IMG/VR virus record: IMGVR_UViG_3300032322_002561
Location: 62,001-126,000 of that record
DNA: 64,000 nucleotides
Direction: 5' to 3' (one strand)
Under the pieces are notes generated by a model. The model had not been told where the DNA came from and did no database searches. It was given only the letters and a program-made list of their open reading frames with translations. Shown piece after piece: positions 9,960 through 18,759 of the stretch. The translations under genes were made by a program, and so were the position numbers. The stretch's first letter is position 1, and every line of letters starts with the position of its first letter.

Positions 9960-10739
9960 TTATAAGGACCATTTATAGATATTATTAATGTCTAATGGAA
10001 CAGATTTAATAGATTCTGAGTTGTAAAGTCGCAAAATCATTCTTCTATGCTTCTGTGGATAGGTTCCGAGCATTTGATCTATTTCATCTGATACAAATTG
10101 CGGTATTGGAGTTGTTTGGGATACTATATCTTGATAATCTGGCCAAGATTCTCCTCGGATGGCCAAATAATCCTCATAGGTCAAATATTTAGGTTCAATT
10201 TTAACTTTTTGTCCATAACAATGAACCCAGTCGCATTCAAAACCAAATATTCTGGCAGAATTTATAATCCATGATAAATTTGGAGTTCCGTTGGGAATTA
10301 TTTTACAATTTCCGTTCCACCCATGTAATACATTGTCTGTGGTTTCAAAAGTCCAAAACATTTCTGGATTGGCGGTCTCTGGTCCAAATACAGTTTCAAA
10401 CAAAACATGTTCAATGTTTGGTTTTAGAATATAAGAAAAAAATCTAAAATGATCAAATAAGTGATACAACACTCCAAAGCAAGTTATAGTTTGACTTTTG
10501 TTAACCAACGGCGTTAATATATCAGGATTGGTTATGTCTCCAACAACAAAATCTACGTTTCCTGTAATTTTTTCTTTGGCTTGACTGATTAATTCGTCTC
10601 TAATCTCTACAGCATATACATGTTTGGCATTATTTTTTAAAATTAAATCGGTCGATTCGCCGGTATGACAGGCCAAATCTAATACAATTTTATTTTGTAA
10701 AATTTTATTATTAATTTTTAGATATTCTATTTTGTGCAT
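9960..10739 (-). CDS. Class I SAM-dependent methyltransferase
   Basis: VLDLACHTG, AVEIR, CFGVLYHL; AT-rich gene. Confidence 0.8.
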   Translation of the reverse strand: MHKIEYLKINNKILQNKIVLDLACHTGESTDLILKNNAKHVYAVEIRDELISQAKEKITGNVDFVVGDITNPDILTPLVNKSQTITCFGVLYHLFDHFRFFSYILKPNIEHVLFETVFGPETANPEMFWTFETTDNVLHGWNGNCKIIPNGTPNLSWIINSARIFGFECDWVHCYGQKVKIEPKYLTYEDYLAIRGESWPDYQDIVSQTTPIPQFVSDEIDQMLGTYPQKHRRMILRLYNSESIKSVPLDINNIYKWSL

Positions 10740-10745
10740 AATAAT

Positions 10746-10973
10746 TCACCTCCACCTCAATCTAAACATTACCGCATCTCGGTTATCCTCAAAACGAAAC
10801 GCAAAACCTTCAGTTGCCTGATATCCATGTAGGTGCCAACGACCGTGTCCAGGTGTGCTAGAACACCACTCAGTGATAGCGTTTGGATTCATATCCGCAT
10901 TGGCCAGCATGGTGTCCCAGGTCACAACCACTTCGGTCCAGTCGGGTGGTGGCCATGTTTCCAACCGATTCAT
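10746..10973 (-). CDS. Small hypothetical protein (paralog array)
   Basis: Ends FRFEDNRDAVMFRLRWR. Confidence 0.65.
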   Translation of the reverse strand: MNRLETWPPPDWTEVVVTWDTMLANADMNPNAITEWCSSTPGHGRWHLHGYQATEGFAFRFEDNRDAVMFRLRWR

Positions 10974-11203
10974 TCAAACTTCATCCTAAAAAAAGTCTCC
11001 TGTGCAGGATCCTTAAAAATAAATCTGGCTTCAGGGTGTGCATGCATGCTGTCATCATATCCATCATAGGGATCTGGTCGGTATTCCCAACTAAAATCTT
11101 CGTGCAACACAAGTCCATGTGCCAGGACCTGCTCTTTGAGATCTATGGCCTGCTGGGCATTTTTGACCAGGACTCGTATCATGCCCACCTCAACATGAAC
11201 CAA
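10970..11203 (-). CDS. Small hypothetical protein (paralog array)
   Basis: Ends FIFKDPAQETFFRMKFE. Confidence 0.6.
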   Translation of the reverse strand: MVHVEVGMIRVLVKNAQQAIDLKEQVLAHGLVLHEDFSWEYRPDPYDGYDDSMHAHPEARFIFKDPAQETFFRMKFE

Positions 11204-11406
11204 GTGTAATCTTCATCATGATCAAATATATAGCAAGTTTCTCCCAACTTGCTTTTGCTGACGTCCACCCTACACCTATAGGCTTTGCGCCAGCGAGCTC
11301 CATATTGTCTAGGACTTTCCATACGTTGTACCGGCAAAGCTCGAAAGGCTTTTAGATATGCTGGACCAAATGTTGGATCTGCTGTACTTACTCTAATCAT
11401 GACCAC
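11179..11406 (-). CDS. Small hypothetical protein (paralog array)
   Basis: Ends YIFDHDEDYTWFMLRWA. Confidence 0.6.
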   Translation of the reverse strand: MVMIRVSTADPTFGPAYLKAFRALPVQRMESPRQYGARWRKAYRCRVDVSKSKLGETCYIFDHDEDYTWFMLRWA

Positions 11407-11615
11407 CTCAATCGGAACAACACCGCATCCTGTTCTCTACGGAACATGTAGGTGCTCTTGTAGTCTGAGTAGATACCTTGTGCCATGATATCCTCGCCCA
11501 GTTTGTACCAATCCTGATCAAACTCGCCTATGTTGGTCTTGCACCAGTCGCACACTTCTACCCAGTCGTGGCTGGTATAGCAGATGTGTGGCCAATCCTC
11601 GTCAGGCAGTTGCAT
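11397..11615 (-). CDS. Small hypothetical protein (paralog array)
   Basis: Ends YMFRREQDAVLFRLRWS. Confidence 0.65.
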   Translation of the reverse strand: MQLPDEDWPHICYTSHDWVEVCDWCKTNIGEFDQDWYKLGEDIMAQGIYSDYKSTYMFRREQDAVLFRLRWS

Positions 11616-11952
11616 CCTGACTCCATTTCAGCTTGAAAAGACTCAAGGCTGTTTCGTTGACATAGATTCTGTATTCGTGATATCTACAGCTATAAGCCCA
11701 GTAGCGATTGATTTCACTAAAATCACCCAGGGAGTGATTCATACGCACCTTGCTCTTGATCATTTCTGCACGAGTTTCTATGTCCTGGCTCCATCCCCAG
11801 CTCTCGTTCATCCACTTACGCACACGATCAAAGTCCAAGACACCTGTGCCCAAGCCCCATTGCACATTCTTGCGAAACTCAATCATGTAGGGAAACTGCG
11901 TGTGGTAGGCGTAGCGTTTGTCTAACTTGGTAATGTGATAGTTCATATGCAC
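11602..11952 (-). CDS. Small hypothetical protein (paralog array)
   Basis: Ends IYVNETALSLFKLKWS. Confidence 0.65.
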   Translation of the reverse strand: MHMNYHITKLDKRYAYHTQFPYMIEFRKNVQWGLGTGVLDFDRVRKWMNESWGWSQDIETRAEMIKSKVRMNHSLGDFSEINRYWAYSCRYHEYRIYVNETALSLFKLKWSQDATA

Positions 11953-12016
11953 TCGTTAAAAGGTGGAAGGCTGTAGCGACACAGCCTGTGAATTCCACAG
12001 CCTTCCGGGCCTATTT

Positions 12017-13102
12017 CTAGGCCGAAGCTTGAAGGATATACTTGCCGTACCGGTTGTGGAACTCATCAAAGTTCTTGAGCTTGGTAGGCATGAACGGAAG
12101 ATTGTATGTGGTCAACGCAATTCTAGCACCCATTACAACCAACTCGGTCTCAAAGTTCTGCATCATGTACTTGAAGAAATGATCAGCCATTTCGTGGAAC
12201 TGTTTGTCTGGTACTTTACGCTCAATAGCACCCTTTAGCTCGTAGCACATGCCAATGACCAACGAATACATGGCTGACACTTCTTTGACATCAAGATCCT
12301 TGACCTTGCCTGCCAAAATATCTTCTGGTTTAGGCATGCGTCCAGCAATCTTGCGGTGTGCCATAAACTTGACAGCAAGACCTTCGCCCACGGTGCCAGC
12401 AATCAAGTTCATAATGGTGTCATCGTCGGCATCTTCATCTTCCAAAAACTGGCTGACAAAGGTCCATGACCTTGGTGTTGCAAAGGCACGGCTTGCGCTC
12501 TTGGGATCAAAGTCATACAAGTCTTGCTTGGCAAAACTCAAGTAACCCACAACATCTGAGTGGATGCCGTTGTTGACAGCCCACTCTTGCCACGACGGAA
12601 AGTCCACACGCATTTCTTGGTGTACAAAACGATTGCTCAACGGAGTTGGCATTCTATAGCTCACGCCCTTGTCTGACTCACGATTACCAGCAGCCACCAT
12701 GACCACATTGTCAGGCAAAAAGTATTTGCCACTACGACGATTCAAGATTAGTTGATAAGCCGCGGCTTGCACACTGGGAGCAGCCGAATTCATCTCATCG
12801 AGGAATAACACAACAATGGGATATTGGCTGGCCAATTCTTCTGTTGGCAAGTCCACGGGTTCGGCCCAGTCCATTTTACCCGAGTCTTTGTTGTAAAACG
12901 GAATACCACGGATATCTGTGGGCTCCATCTGACCAAGTCGGAGGTCGATCATGTGGCCACCCAGTTCCTGGGCAATTTCGGCCACCAATTCCGATTTACC
13001 AATACCAGGAGGCCCCCAGAGGAATACTGGGCGTTTTTTGGCAAATGCTTTGAGCAGACTTTTACGGGCCTGCACCGATGTTACTGTTCTTGTATCTGAC
13101 AT
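12017..13102 (-). CDS. MoxR-like/AAA_5 AAA+ ATPase
   Basis: Walker A GPPGIGKS, Walker B LFLDE, AAGNR, NRF, TPRSW. Confidence 0.9.
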   Translation of the reverse strand: MSDTRTVTSVQARKSLLKAFAKKRPVFLWGPPGIGKSELVAEIAQELGGHMIDLRLGQMEPTDIRGIPFYNKDSGKMDWAEPVDLPTEELASQYPIVVLFLDEMNSAAPSVQAAAYQLILNRRSGKYFLPDNVVMVAAGNRESDKGVSYRMPTPLSNRFVHQEMRVDFPSWQEWAVNNGIHSDVVGYLSFAKQDLYDFDPKSASRAFATPRSWTFVSQFLEDEDADDDTIMNLIAGTVGEGLAVKFMAHRKIAGRMPKPEDILAGKVKDLDVKEVSAMYSLVIGMCYELKGAIERKVPDKQFHEMADHFFKYMMQNFETELVVMGARIALTTYNLPFMPTKLKNFDEFHNRYGKYILQASA

Positions 13103-13144
13103 GGCTGTGTCCTTTATAGAGTTAGAAAATTACTGCAAGTAAGT

Positions 13145-13173
13145 ATTATATAAAATAATGTTTTTTAGGTCAA
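13145..13173 (-). promoter_or_regulatory. Sigma70-type promoter
   Basis: TTGACC-N17-TATAAT upstream of the ATPase and paralog array. Confidence 0.75.
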
Positions 13174-13210
13174 CCAGGTCGCTAAATAATCCTGTTCCCA
13201 TTTGACCCTT

Positions 13211-13849
13211 ATGCACACTGCTTGTTATCCTGATTGGCACTATACTCCTTTACAAATTGACAATCTAGAGCAGATTAGATCTGAACTTGAGCACCTGTTC
13301 AATGACCTGTACACTCCCGGTCAACCGGTAACTTTTATCAATTTTGATCACAATACCAAACACTGGCAACGTCTGCTGGCTCTACAACAGTGGTTGGATA
13401 ATACCAATCGCGCTCGTGATCGCTGGATCAATTGTTATTTCAGTGCCAGTCAAAATGGATTGTGTCCCATACATGTGGACTATACCAGTGAACACAAGTT
13501 TTTGGCCATCAATATTCCGGTGTTAAACTGTGACAACAGTTGGATAGCCTGGTATGACACCAACATTGAAGTCAACAATCCCATCAAGGCTGTGCAACGT
13601 GGAAACAACACCAATGAACTTGTAATTTTTGATGAACACACCTACCAAGATGTGATGGTCACTCCGCAATCATTTTGGTGCGATCAGGAACATGCTCGCG
13701 AAATAGATCGTGCCAGTTGTGATCAGCCCATGATGATCAATAACACAGTGCCACATCGTCCTATAGTGGCGCATGATCGACTTAGAGTCATGTTTTCACT
13801 GCGACTGACGCCGGCCAGTTTTGAACACGATGTCATGCCCTTTTTGTGA
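13211..13849 (+). CDS. Putative 2OG-Fe(II)/cupin-fold oxygenase
   Basis: PIHVD (HxD) ... VPH ... R pattern. Confidence 0.55.
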   Translation: MHTACYPDWHYTPLQIDNLEQIRSELEHLFNDLYTPGQPVTFINFDHNTKHWQRLLALQQWLDNTNRARDRWINCYFSASQNGLCPIHVDYTSEHKFLAINIPVLNCDNSWIAWYDTNIEVNNPIKAVQRGNNTNELVIFDEHTYQDVMVTPQSFWCDQEHAREIDRASCDQPMMINNTVPHRPIVAHDRLRVMFSLRLTPASFEHDVMPFL

Positions 13850-14543
13850 TTCTCCGGCAAACTCGGTCATGCATGGTGTAGACCGAATTGTCCGGCACAT
13901 TAGTGGTAACAGTGCTACCAATATAAACAATTGAATTGGCTCCAATTTCTAATTGCTTTTTTTTGCGTGCCATGAGTATGCAACCCACACCTATTCTGCA
14001 GTTATCTTTGATGGTTACATGTGCCAAAGTACTGGCTGCACCCACAATCACATTGTTTCCGATCACAGTATCGGTTCCAATATTGCTTCTCCAATCTATA
14101 GCACTGTAGTTGCCAATGGTGATACGACTGATAAAAATTGTACCGCCCAAGATCAAAACACCGTGGCCTATGCTCACAGAGTCACGCCCGTGGAAAAACT
14201 GAGCACTGGGATGAATCAAATTTACTACATTGACCTGGCTGGATTCCAAGAGTTGTATTCGTGTTTGTCTTAGTTCTTCGCCAGTATTTCCGGTACCTGC
14301 TATGTCCTGACTGCCGTCCCACCAATCTGCAAGAAAAAAATCATATTGTCTCCACACACAATCTGGATTCATGAGATCACGTTCGTCACCAATCACTGGA
14401 ATGCCATCTATGTAGTCAGTGTTTCCCCAGTAGTGATGATCTAAAATTCCTAGAATTTCATAGCCAAGATCACGTGCAGTAAAAACTATATCACTGAGAT
14501 TCCACCTACTACCAACTAGTACGAGTTTTTTAGAGGTTTGCAT
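13833..14543 (-). CDS. PglD/NeuD-type sugar acyltransferase (left-handed beta-helix)
   Basis: GIPVIG, NLIHPSA, hexapeptide repeats. Confidence 0.8.
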   Translation of the reverse strand: MQTSKKLVLVGSRWNLSDIVFTARDLGYEILGILDHHYWGNTDYIDGIPVIGDERDLMNPDCVWRQYDFFLADWWDGSQDIAGTGNTGEELRQTRIQLLESSQVNVVNLIHPSAQFFHGRDSVSIGHGVLILGGTIFISRITIGNYSAIDWRSNIGTDTVIGNNVIVGAASTLAHVTIKDNCRIGVGCILMARKKKQLEIGANSIVYIGSTVTTNVPDNSVYTMHDRVCRRITKRA

Positions 14544-14634
14544 GCGTGCTTTATATATCAACACACAACAAGGCACCATTAGAATCCGGTTACGAATCCG
14601 GAACCACTCTATGATTGTGGTCGATTTTAAAATT

Positions 14635-15642
14635 TTACTTCTTGATCAAGGCCCACTGCTCTCGGCGGATACGATCTGTCACAGCCTTAGGTAGTGGCAC
14701 ATAATCTAGCTCTAGAGCACTCTTGGCACCGTTGTCCCACGACCAGGCAAAGAACTTGAGCACTTCTTGTGTGGCTTTGACATCCTTGGGTTCACGATAC
14801 ACCAGGATGAATGTGGCACCTGTGATGGGCCAAGCATCAGCACCTTTTTGATTTACCAAGCTGATGCCCATGCCGGGTGTCTTGAACCAGTCAGCGTCAC
14901 GGGCAGCCGCGGCAAATGTCTTGTCATCGGGATCCACATACCGGCCATCACGATTCTGCATCTTCATATGGGTAAGATTATTTTTCTTGGCATAGGCATA
15001 TTCCACATAACCAATTGAACCTTTGACACGAGCCACGTTGGCCGCAACACCTTCGTTGCCTTTGCCACCCACGGCTGTTGCTGGAATCCATTTGACTGCC
15101 GCGCCTTTGCCCATGCGTTCAGCCCAGGGCTTTGACACTTCGTTCAAGTAGTCGGTAAAGATGAATGTTGTACCTGATCCATCCGCACGATGTATCACAG
15201 TGATGGCCTGGTCAGGTAAGGTCCGACCTGGGTTTAATGCGGCAATTTTTGGGTCGTTCCATTTGGATACGGTTCCAAGGTAAATGTCTGCTAACACTGG
15301 GCCTGTGAGCTGTAGTTCGCCTGGTTTGAATCCGTCTAGGTTAATGATAGGAACTACACCACCCAGCACTGTGGGAAACTGGATCAGGCCAGCCTGTGCC
15401 AGATCTGCCACATTCATAGGAGCATCTGTGGCTCCAAAATGTACTGTACCGGCACGGATCTGTTTGATACCGCCCGAGCTACCAATACTCTGATAATTGA
15501 GCTTGACTCCGCTGACTTTTTCATAGTCTTTGGACCATTTGGCATAAACGGGATATGGGAATGTGGCACCAGCGCCGGTGATTTCTACAGCAGACACTGA
15601 AGTCGCTAATACTGTTAATACAGCGGCTAAAAACTTTTTCAT
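14635..15642 (-). CDS. pstS: Phosphate ABC transporter substrate-binding protein
   Basis: Signal peptide; GAGATFPYP, YQSIGSSGG, HRADGSGTT, GKGNEGV, IGYVE. Confidence 0.97.
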   Translation of the reverse strand: MKKFLAAVLTVLATSVSAVEITGAGATFPYPVYAKWSKDYEKVSGVKLNYQSIGSSGGIKQIRAGTVHFGATDAPMNVADLAQAGLIQFPTVLGGVVPIINLDGFKPGELQLTGPVLADIYLGTVSKWNDPKIAALNPGRTLPDQAITVIHRADGSGTTFIFTDYLNEVSKPWAERMGKGAAVKWIPATAVGGKGNEGVAANVARVKGSIGYVEYAYAKKNNLTHMKMQNRDGRYVDPDDKTFAAAARDADWFKTPGMGISLVNQKGADAWPITGATFILVYREPKDVKATQEVLKFFAWSWDNGAKSALELDYVPLPKAVTDRIRREQWALIKK

Positions 15643-15685
15643 TGAATCTCCTTTGAATTAATGTGCGATTGCACAACATTACTTA

Positions 15686-15713
15686 ATTACAATTTTGTTA
15701 CAGTTTTATGACA
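15686..15713 (-). promoter_or_regulatory. Pho box upstream of pstS
   Basis: TGTCATAAAAC-TGTAACAAAAT-TGTAAT: three 11-bp-spaced repeats matching the PhoB consensus. Confidence 0.85.
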
Positions 15714-15744
15714 CAGTCCGGTTACGGGCTCCGGTGGCACCCAA

Positions 15745-16755
15745 TCATTGTGCCCGATTTGTTTCGACTAAATTATCTCTAAATATCTGCCAGCAAGCCG
15801 CCCAGGTCCAACGACTGCTAGCCTGTTCCACTTGCCTTCTGTCCAGGGTCATACAGCGTTCCACAGCATGAGCCAGGTTCCAATCCAGGTATCCAGTGAC
15901 TCCTGATTCCACTATGTCTATAGGTCCTGGCACAGGATAGGCAGCCACTGGAGTGCCACAGGCCAAGGCTTCAATGTTGACCACACCAAAGGTGTCCACC
16001 CGGCTGGCAAACACAAACACATCGGCCTGAGCATAGTAACTGGCCAGTTCAAGTCCGGTTTTGGTACCCACAAACTCTACTTCAGGATATCGCCGTTCCA
16101 GTTCCCGGCGATAAGGGCCATCACCCACAACAATCTTGTGGCACCAGGGCATGTCTAGCTCACAGAAATCATCCAGGCCTTTTTCCTTGCTCACACGTCC
16201 CACACTCAGCAACACTGGCTTGACATTTGAGCCTGTTCTTAGACTGGGACTAAAATAAGTTCTATCTACTCCACGAGTCCAGGCCACAAGATCGCCATCA
16301 AAGCCATGTGCCTGAAGTTCTTGCCGCATGGTTTCTGTTGTGGTCAGCACTCGTCCTGAATGCTTGTGAAACCATCGCAAGTAAGCATAGGTCCAGGATT
16401 CGGGTATGTAATACAGCTTGTTTAGGAATTCTGGAAACTTGGTATGATAACTAGTGTTGTAGGCCCAGTCGTGCCAGTCCATCCACAGTCGTGCCGCTAG
16501 TCCGATAGGGCCTTCTGTAGCGATATGTACATAGTCCGGATCAATCTCGTTGATCTTACGGCCAATCCTCCAGGACCATGAGATTTTAACTTCAGGATAA
16601 CCCAAAGCATTACAATGAGGGAACTGCCGGGGATCAAGATAAACAACATCATAGCCATCGCCACGAGCCAACGCCTGGATGTTCGTGAAAGTTGTGACCA
16701 CACCATTGATTTGCTCCGGTAAATTGTCTGTGACAATCAGGATTTTTTTTGACAT
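15745..16755 (-). CDS. GT4 glycosyltransferase, Agt-like glycolipid synthase
   Basis: QINGVVTT, HIATEGPIG, YHTKFPE, VGRVSKEK, DTFGVVNIEALACGTPV; adjacent to a plcP-like gene. Confidence 0.85.
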   Translation of the reverse strand: MSKKILIVTDNLPEQINGVVTTFTNIQALARGDGYDVVYLDPRQFPHCNALGYPEVKISWSWRIGRKINEIDPDYVHIATEGPIGLAARLWMDWHDWAYNTSYHTKFPEFLNKLYYIPESWTYAYLRWFHKHSGRVLTTTETMRQELQAHGFDGDLVAWTRGVDRTYFSPSLRTGSNVKPVLLSVGRVSKEKGLDDFCELDMPWCHKIVVGDGPYRRELERRYPEVEFVGTKTGLELASYYAQADVFVFASRVDTFGVVNIEALACGTPVAAYPVPGPIDIVESGVTGYLDWNLAHAVERCMTLDRRQVEQASSRWTWAACWQIFRDNLVETNRAQ

Positions 16756-16910
16756 TGTGTGACTACCTTGAAACTATCAAATTTGAGCCAGTAGGTGACT
16801 GTGGCCTGTGCCCGTAAACATTCTTCTTGGGTGGCAAACTCAATGCTTGCTCTTCCGGGAATGTCTTGTGGATTGTTGGTGTGTACTGCTATCAGTATCA
16901 GCAACCACAT
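16737..16910 (-). CDS. Small exported/membrane protein (57 aa, not in ORF track)
   Basis: MWLLILIAVH...ECLRAQ...TQCQKKS; purine-rich GGAGAAGGAC upstream; overlaps both neighbours. Confidence 0.55.
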   Translation of the reverse strand: MWLLILIAVHTNNPQDIPGRASIEFATQEECLRAQATVTYWLKFDSFKVVTQCQKKS

Positions 16911-17664
16911 CGTCCTTCTCCTTGAGCCAGGTCACTATCTCCCAGGCTCCGTTGTGATGTTCAACTAGAGCGGTCAATGACTCTACCCAGTCGCCATCGT
17001 TCATGTACACCACACCATTTATGGTTTTGATTTCTGCGTGATGTATGTGTCCACAGATCACGCCATCATAGCCCTTTTTACGACAGTAGGTGGCCAGGTT
17101 TACTTCAAACTGGAACACAAAGTCCACGGCCTTTTTGACTCGGTATTTTAGGAACTTGCTTAACGACCAGTAGCCAAAGCCTAGCCTGTGCCGCAACCAG
17201 TTGAATCTGCTGTTGAGATTTAACACGAAATCATACAGTCTGTCGCCTAAAAAGCTGAGCCAGGGTGTGATTCGTGTAATGCCATCAAATAAATCGCCGT
17301 GTGTGACCAGGTAGTGACGTCCGTCCAGGCCAATGTGTTCGGCTTGATTGACCACTTCTATCATGCCAAATCCTATGCCATAAGGTATGAGAGGTCGCAA
17401 AAACTCATCGTGGTTGCCGGCCACGTAGACCACTCGGGTGCCACGTTTGGCATGTCCTAGCACACGTCTTACCACATTGGTATGGCTCTGTTTCCAACGC
17501 CAGCGATTCTGTTGTATCTTCCAGGCATCAATGATGTCACCCACAAGATACAAGGTATCACAGGTGTTGTGTTTGAGAAAGTTGTTGAGCTGTTCAGCCT
17601 TGCAGTCCTTGGTACCAAGGTGTACGTCGCTGATAAAAATAGAACGATAGGTACGGTCTGCCAT
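16840..17664 (-). CDS. plcP: PlcP-like metallophosphoesterase (UDP-2,3-diacylglucosamine hydrolase family; phospholipase C)
   Basis: SDVHLG, LVGDIID, GNHD, HGDLFD, ICGHIH, NDGDWVES. Confidence 0.8.
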   Translation of the reverse strand: MADRTYRSIFISDVHLGTKDCKAEQLNNFLKHNTCDTLYLVGDIIDAWKIQQNRWRWKQSHTNVVRRVLGHAKRGTRVVYVAGNHDEFLRPLIPYGIGFGMIEVVNQAEHIGLDGRHYLVTHGDLFDGITRITPWLSFLGDRLYDFVLNLNSRFNWLRHRLGFGYWSLSKFLKYRVKKAVDFVFQFEVNLATYCRKKGYDGVICGHIHHAEIKTINGVVYMNDGDWVESLTALVEHHNGAWEIVTWLKEKDDVVADTDSSTHQQSTRHSRKSKH

Positions 17665-17686
17665 ACATGTATTTACAGATCAGTGT

Positions 17687-17703
17687 GTTACAGTGTTATG
17701 ACA
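17687..17703 (-). promoter_or_regulatory. Pho box upstream of the plcP-like gene
   Basis: TGTCATAACAC-TGTAAC direct repeat with 11-bp period. Confidence 0.75.
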
Positions 17704-18001
17704 ATTTTATCACAGCCAAGAGTGCTTCGTTGGCATCCCAAAACGCCCAATACCAGCGTTGATGTGTGTCGTTGTCCAGGAATATGGGTTCGGCTTGGTA
17801 GCCTAGATCTCGAATATCGTTGTCCATGGCTTCCCAGGTTGACCACGCAAAGCCACGCTGACCCACTCTGCGATTGCGGTCCACGGGATCAACTACCAGC
17901 ACCGACGCAGGTGGATTGTCATAGTAACGCTGTTCTTGTTTGTTGCGTTCGTAGTAGGGAATGTGGCGATCAAGCCAGGTGGGCCATGATACAGCTTGCA
18001 T
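17696..18001 (-). CDS. Hypothetical protein
   Basis: 101 aa; C-terminus FWDANEALLAVIKL weakly resembles the paralog family. Confidence 0.6.
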   Translation of the reverse strand: MQAVSWPTWLDRHIPYYERNKQEQRYYDNPPASVLVVDPVDRNRRVGQRGFAWSTWEAMDNDIRDLGYQAEPIFLDNDTHQRWYWAFWDANEALLAVIKLS

Positions 18002-18202
18002 TCACTGTCGGCCCCACGAGATATGTGCCCAGAGTCGATCATACAGGTAGTATGACGTCATCCAGACACAGTTTATCGCTATGGTAGGAACCAGAGCCTC
18101 GGCGAAACTTTGACCTGTGATCAACAACATCACGTAGGTGCTGAGCAAGACCCAGCACCGGTAGATCAAGGTTTTTACCAAGGTCCGTGTTCGTGTTTCC
18201 AA
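18002..18202 (-). CDS. DUF2061-like small membrane protein
   Basis: ETRTRTLVKTLIYR ... YYLYDRLWAHISWG. Confidence 0.7.
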   Translation of the reverse strand: METRTRTLVKTLIYRCWVLLSTYVMLLITGQSFAEALVPTIAINCVWMTSYYLYDRLWAHISWGRQ

Positions 18203-18204
18203 GA

Positions 18205-18642
18205 TTACGAGTTGGCCTTGTGAGCTTCGAGTGTCTTGGTAAACTTGTTGGCGTGGCTACGTTCTGCCTTGGCCAAGGTCTCAAACCAGTCAGCGATCTC
18301 GTCAAAGCCTTCATCGCGTGCTTCTTTGGCCATGCCAGGATACATGTCTGAATACTCATGTGTTTCACCATGGATGGCAGCTTCAAGAGCTTCGGCCACA
18401 GTGCTGGCAGGCATGCTGGTACCAGGTTCACCAGCACCACCCGTGATCAAGTACTCCATGTGACCATGGGCGTGACCTGTTTCACCTTCTGCGGTGGAGC
18501 GGAATACAGCTGCCACATCTGGTGCACCAGCGATGTCAGCCATGTTTGCGAAATACAAATAACGACGGTTTGCTTGGCTCTCACCAGCAAATGCTTCTTT
18601 GAGATTGGTCTCAGTACGGGTTCCTTTTACGGATTTTGGCAT
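18205..18642 (-). CDS. rbr: Rubrerythrin (short form)
   Basis: [35 protein letters not shown]. Confidence 0.92.
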   Translation of the reverse strand: MPKSVKGTRTETNLKEAFAGESQANRRYLYFANMADIAGAPDVAAVFRSTAEGETGHAHGHMEYLITGGAGEPGTSMPASTVAEALEAAIHGETHEYSDMYPGMAKEARDEGFDEIADWFETLAKAERSHANKFTKTLEAHKANS

Positions 18643-18688
18643 GTTTACTTCTCCTTTTTAAATGAAAGTAGTGATACTACTGAATAAT

Positions 18689-18741
18689 AGTATAACTTTA
18701 TTTAAACCTATTGTCAAGTAGATTTAATAGATTGTGTCTAT
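18689..18741 (-). promoter_or_regulatory. Sigma70 promoter with an upstream OxyR/LysR-like palindrome
   Basis: TTGACA-N17-TATACT (18689-18717) and ATAG-N7-CTAT (18727-18741). Confidence 0.6.
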
Positions 18742-18759
18742 AGTTTGTTGAATATATTT

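Noticed and set aside
14586-14612. preQ1-I riboswitch
   Set aside because: The GTGGTTC resemblance is superficial; no A-rich 3' tail and wrong gene context
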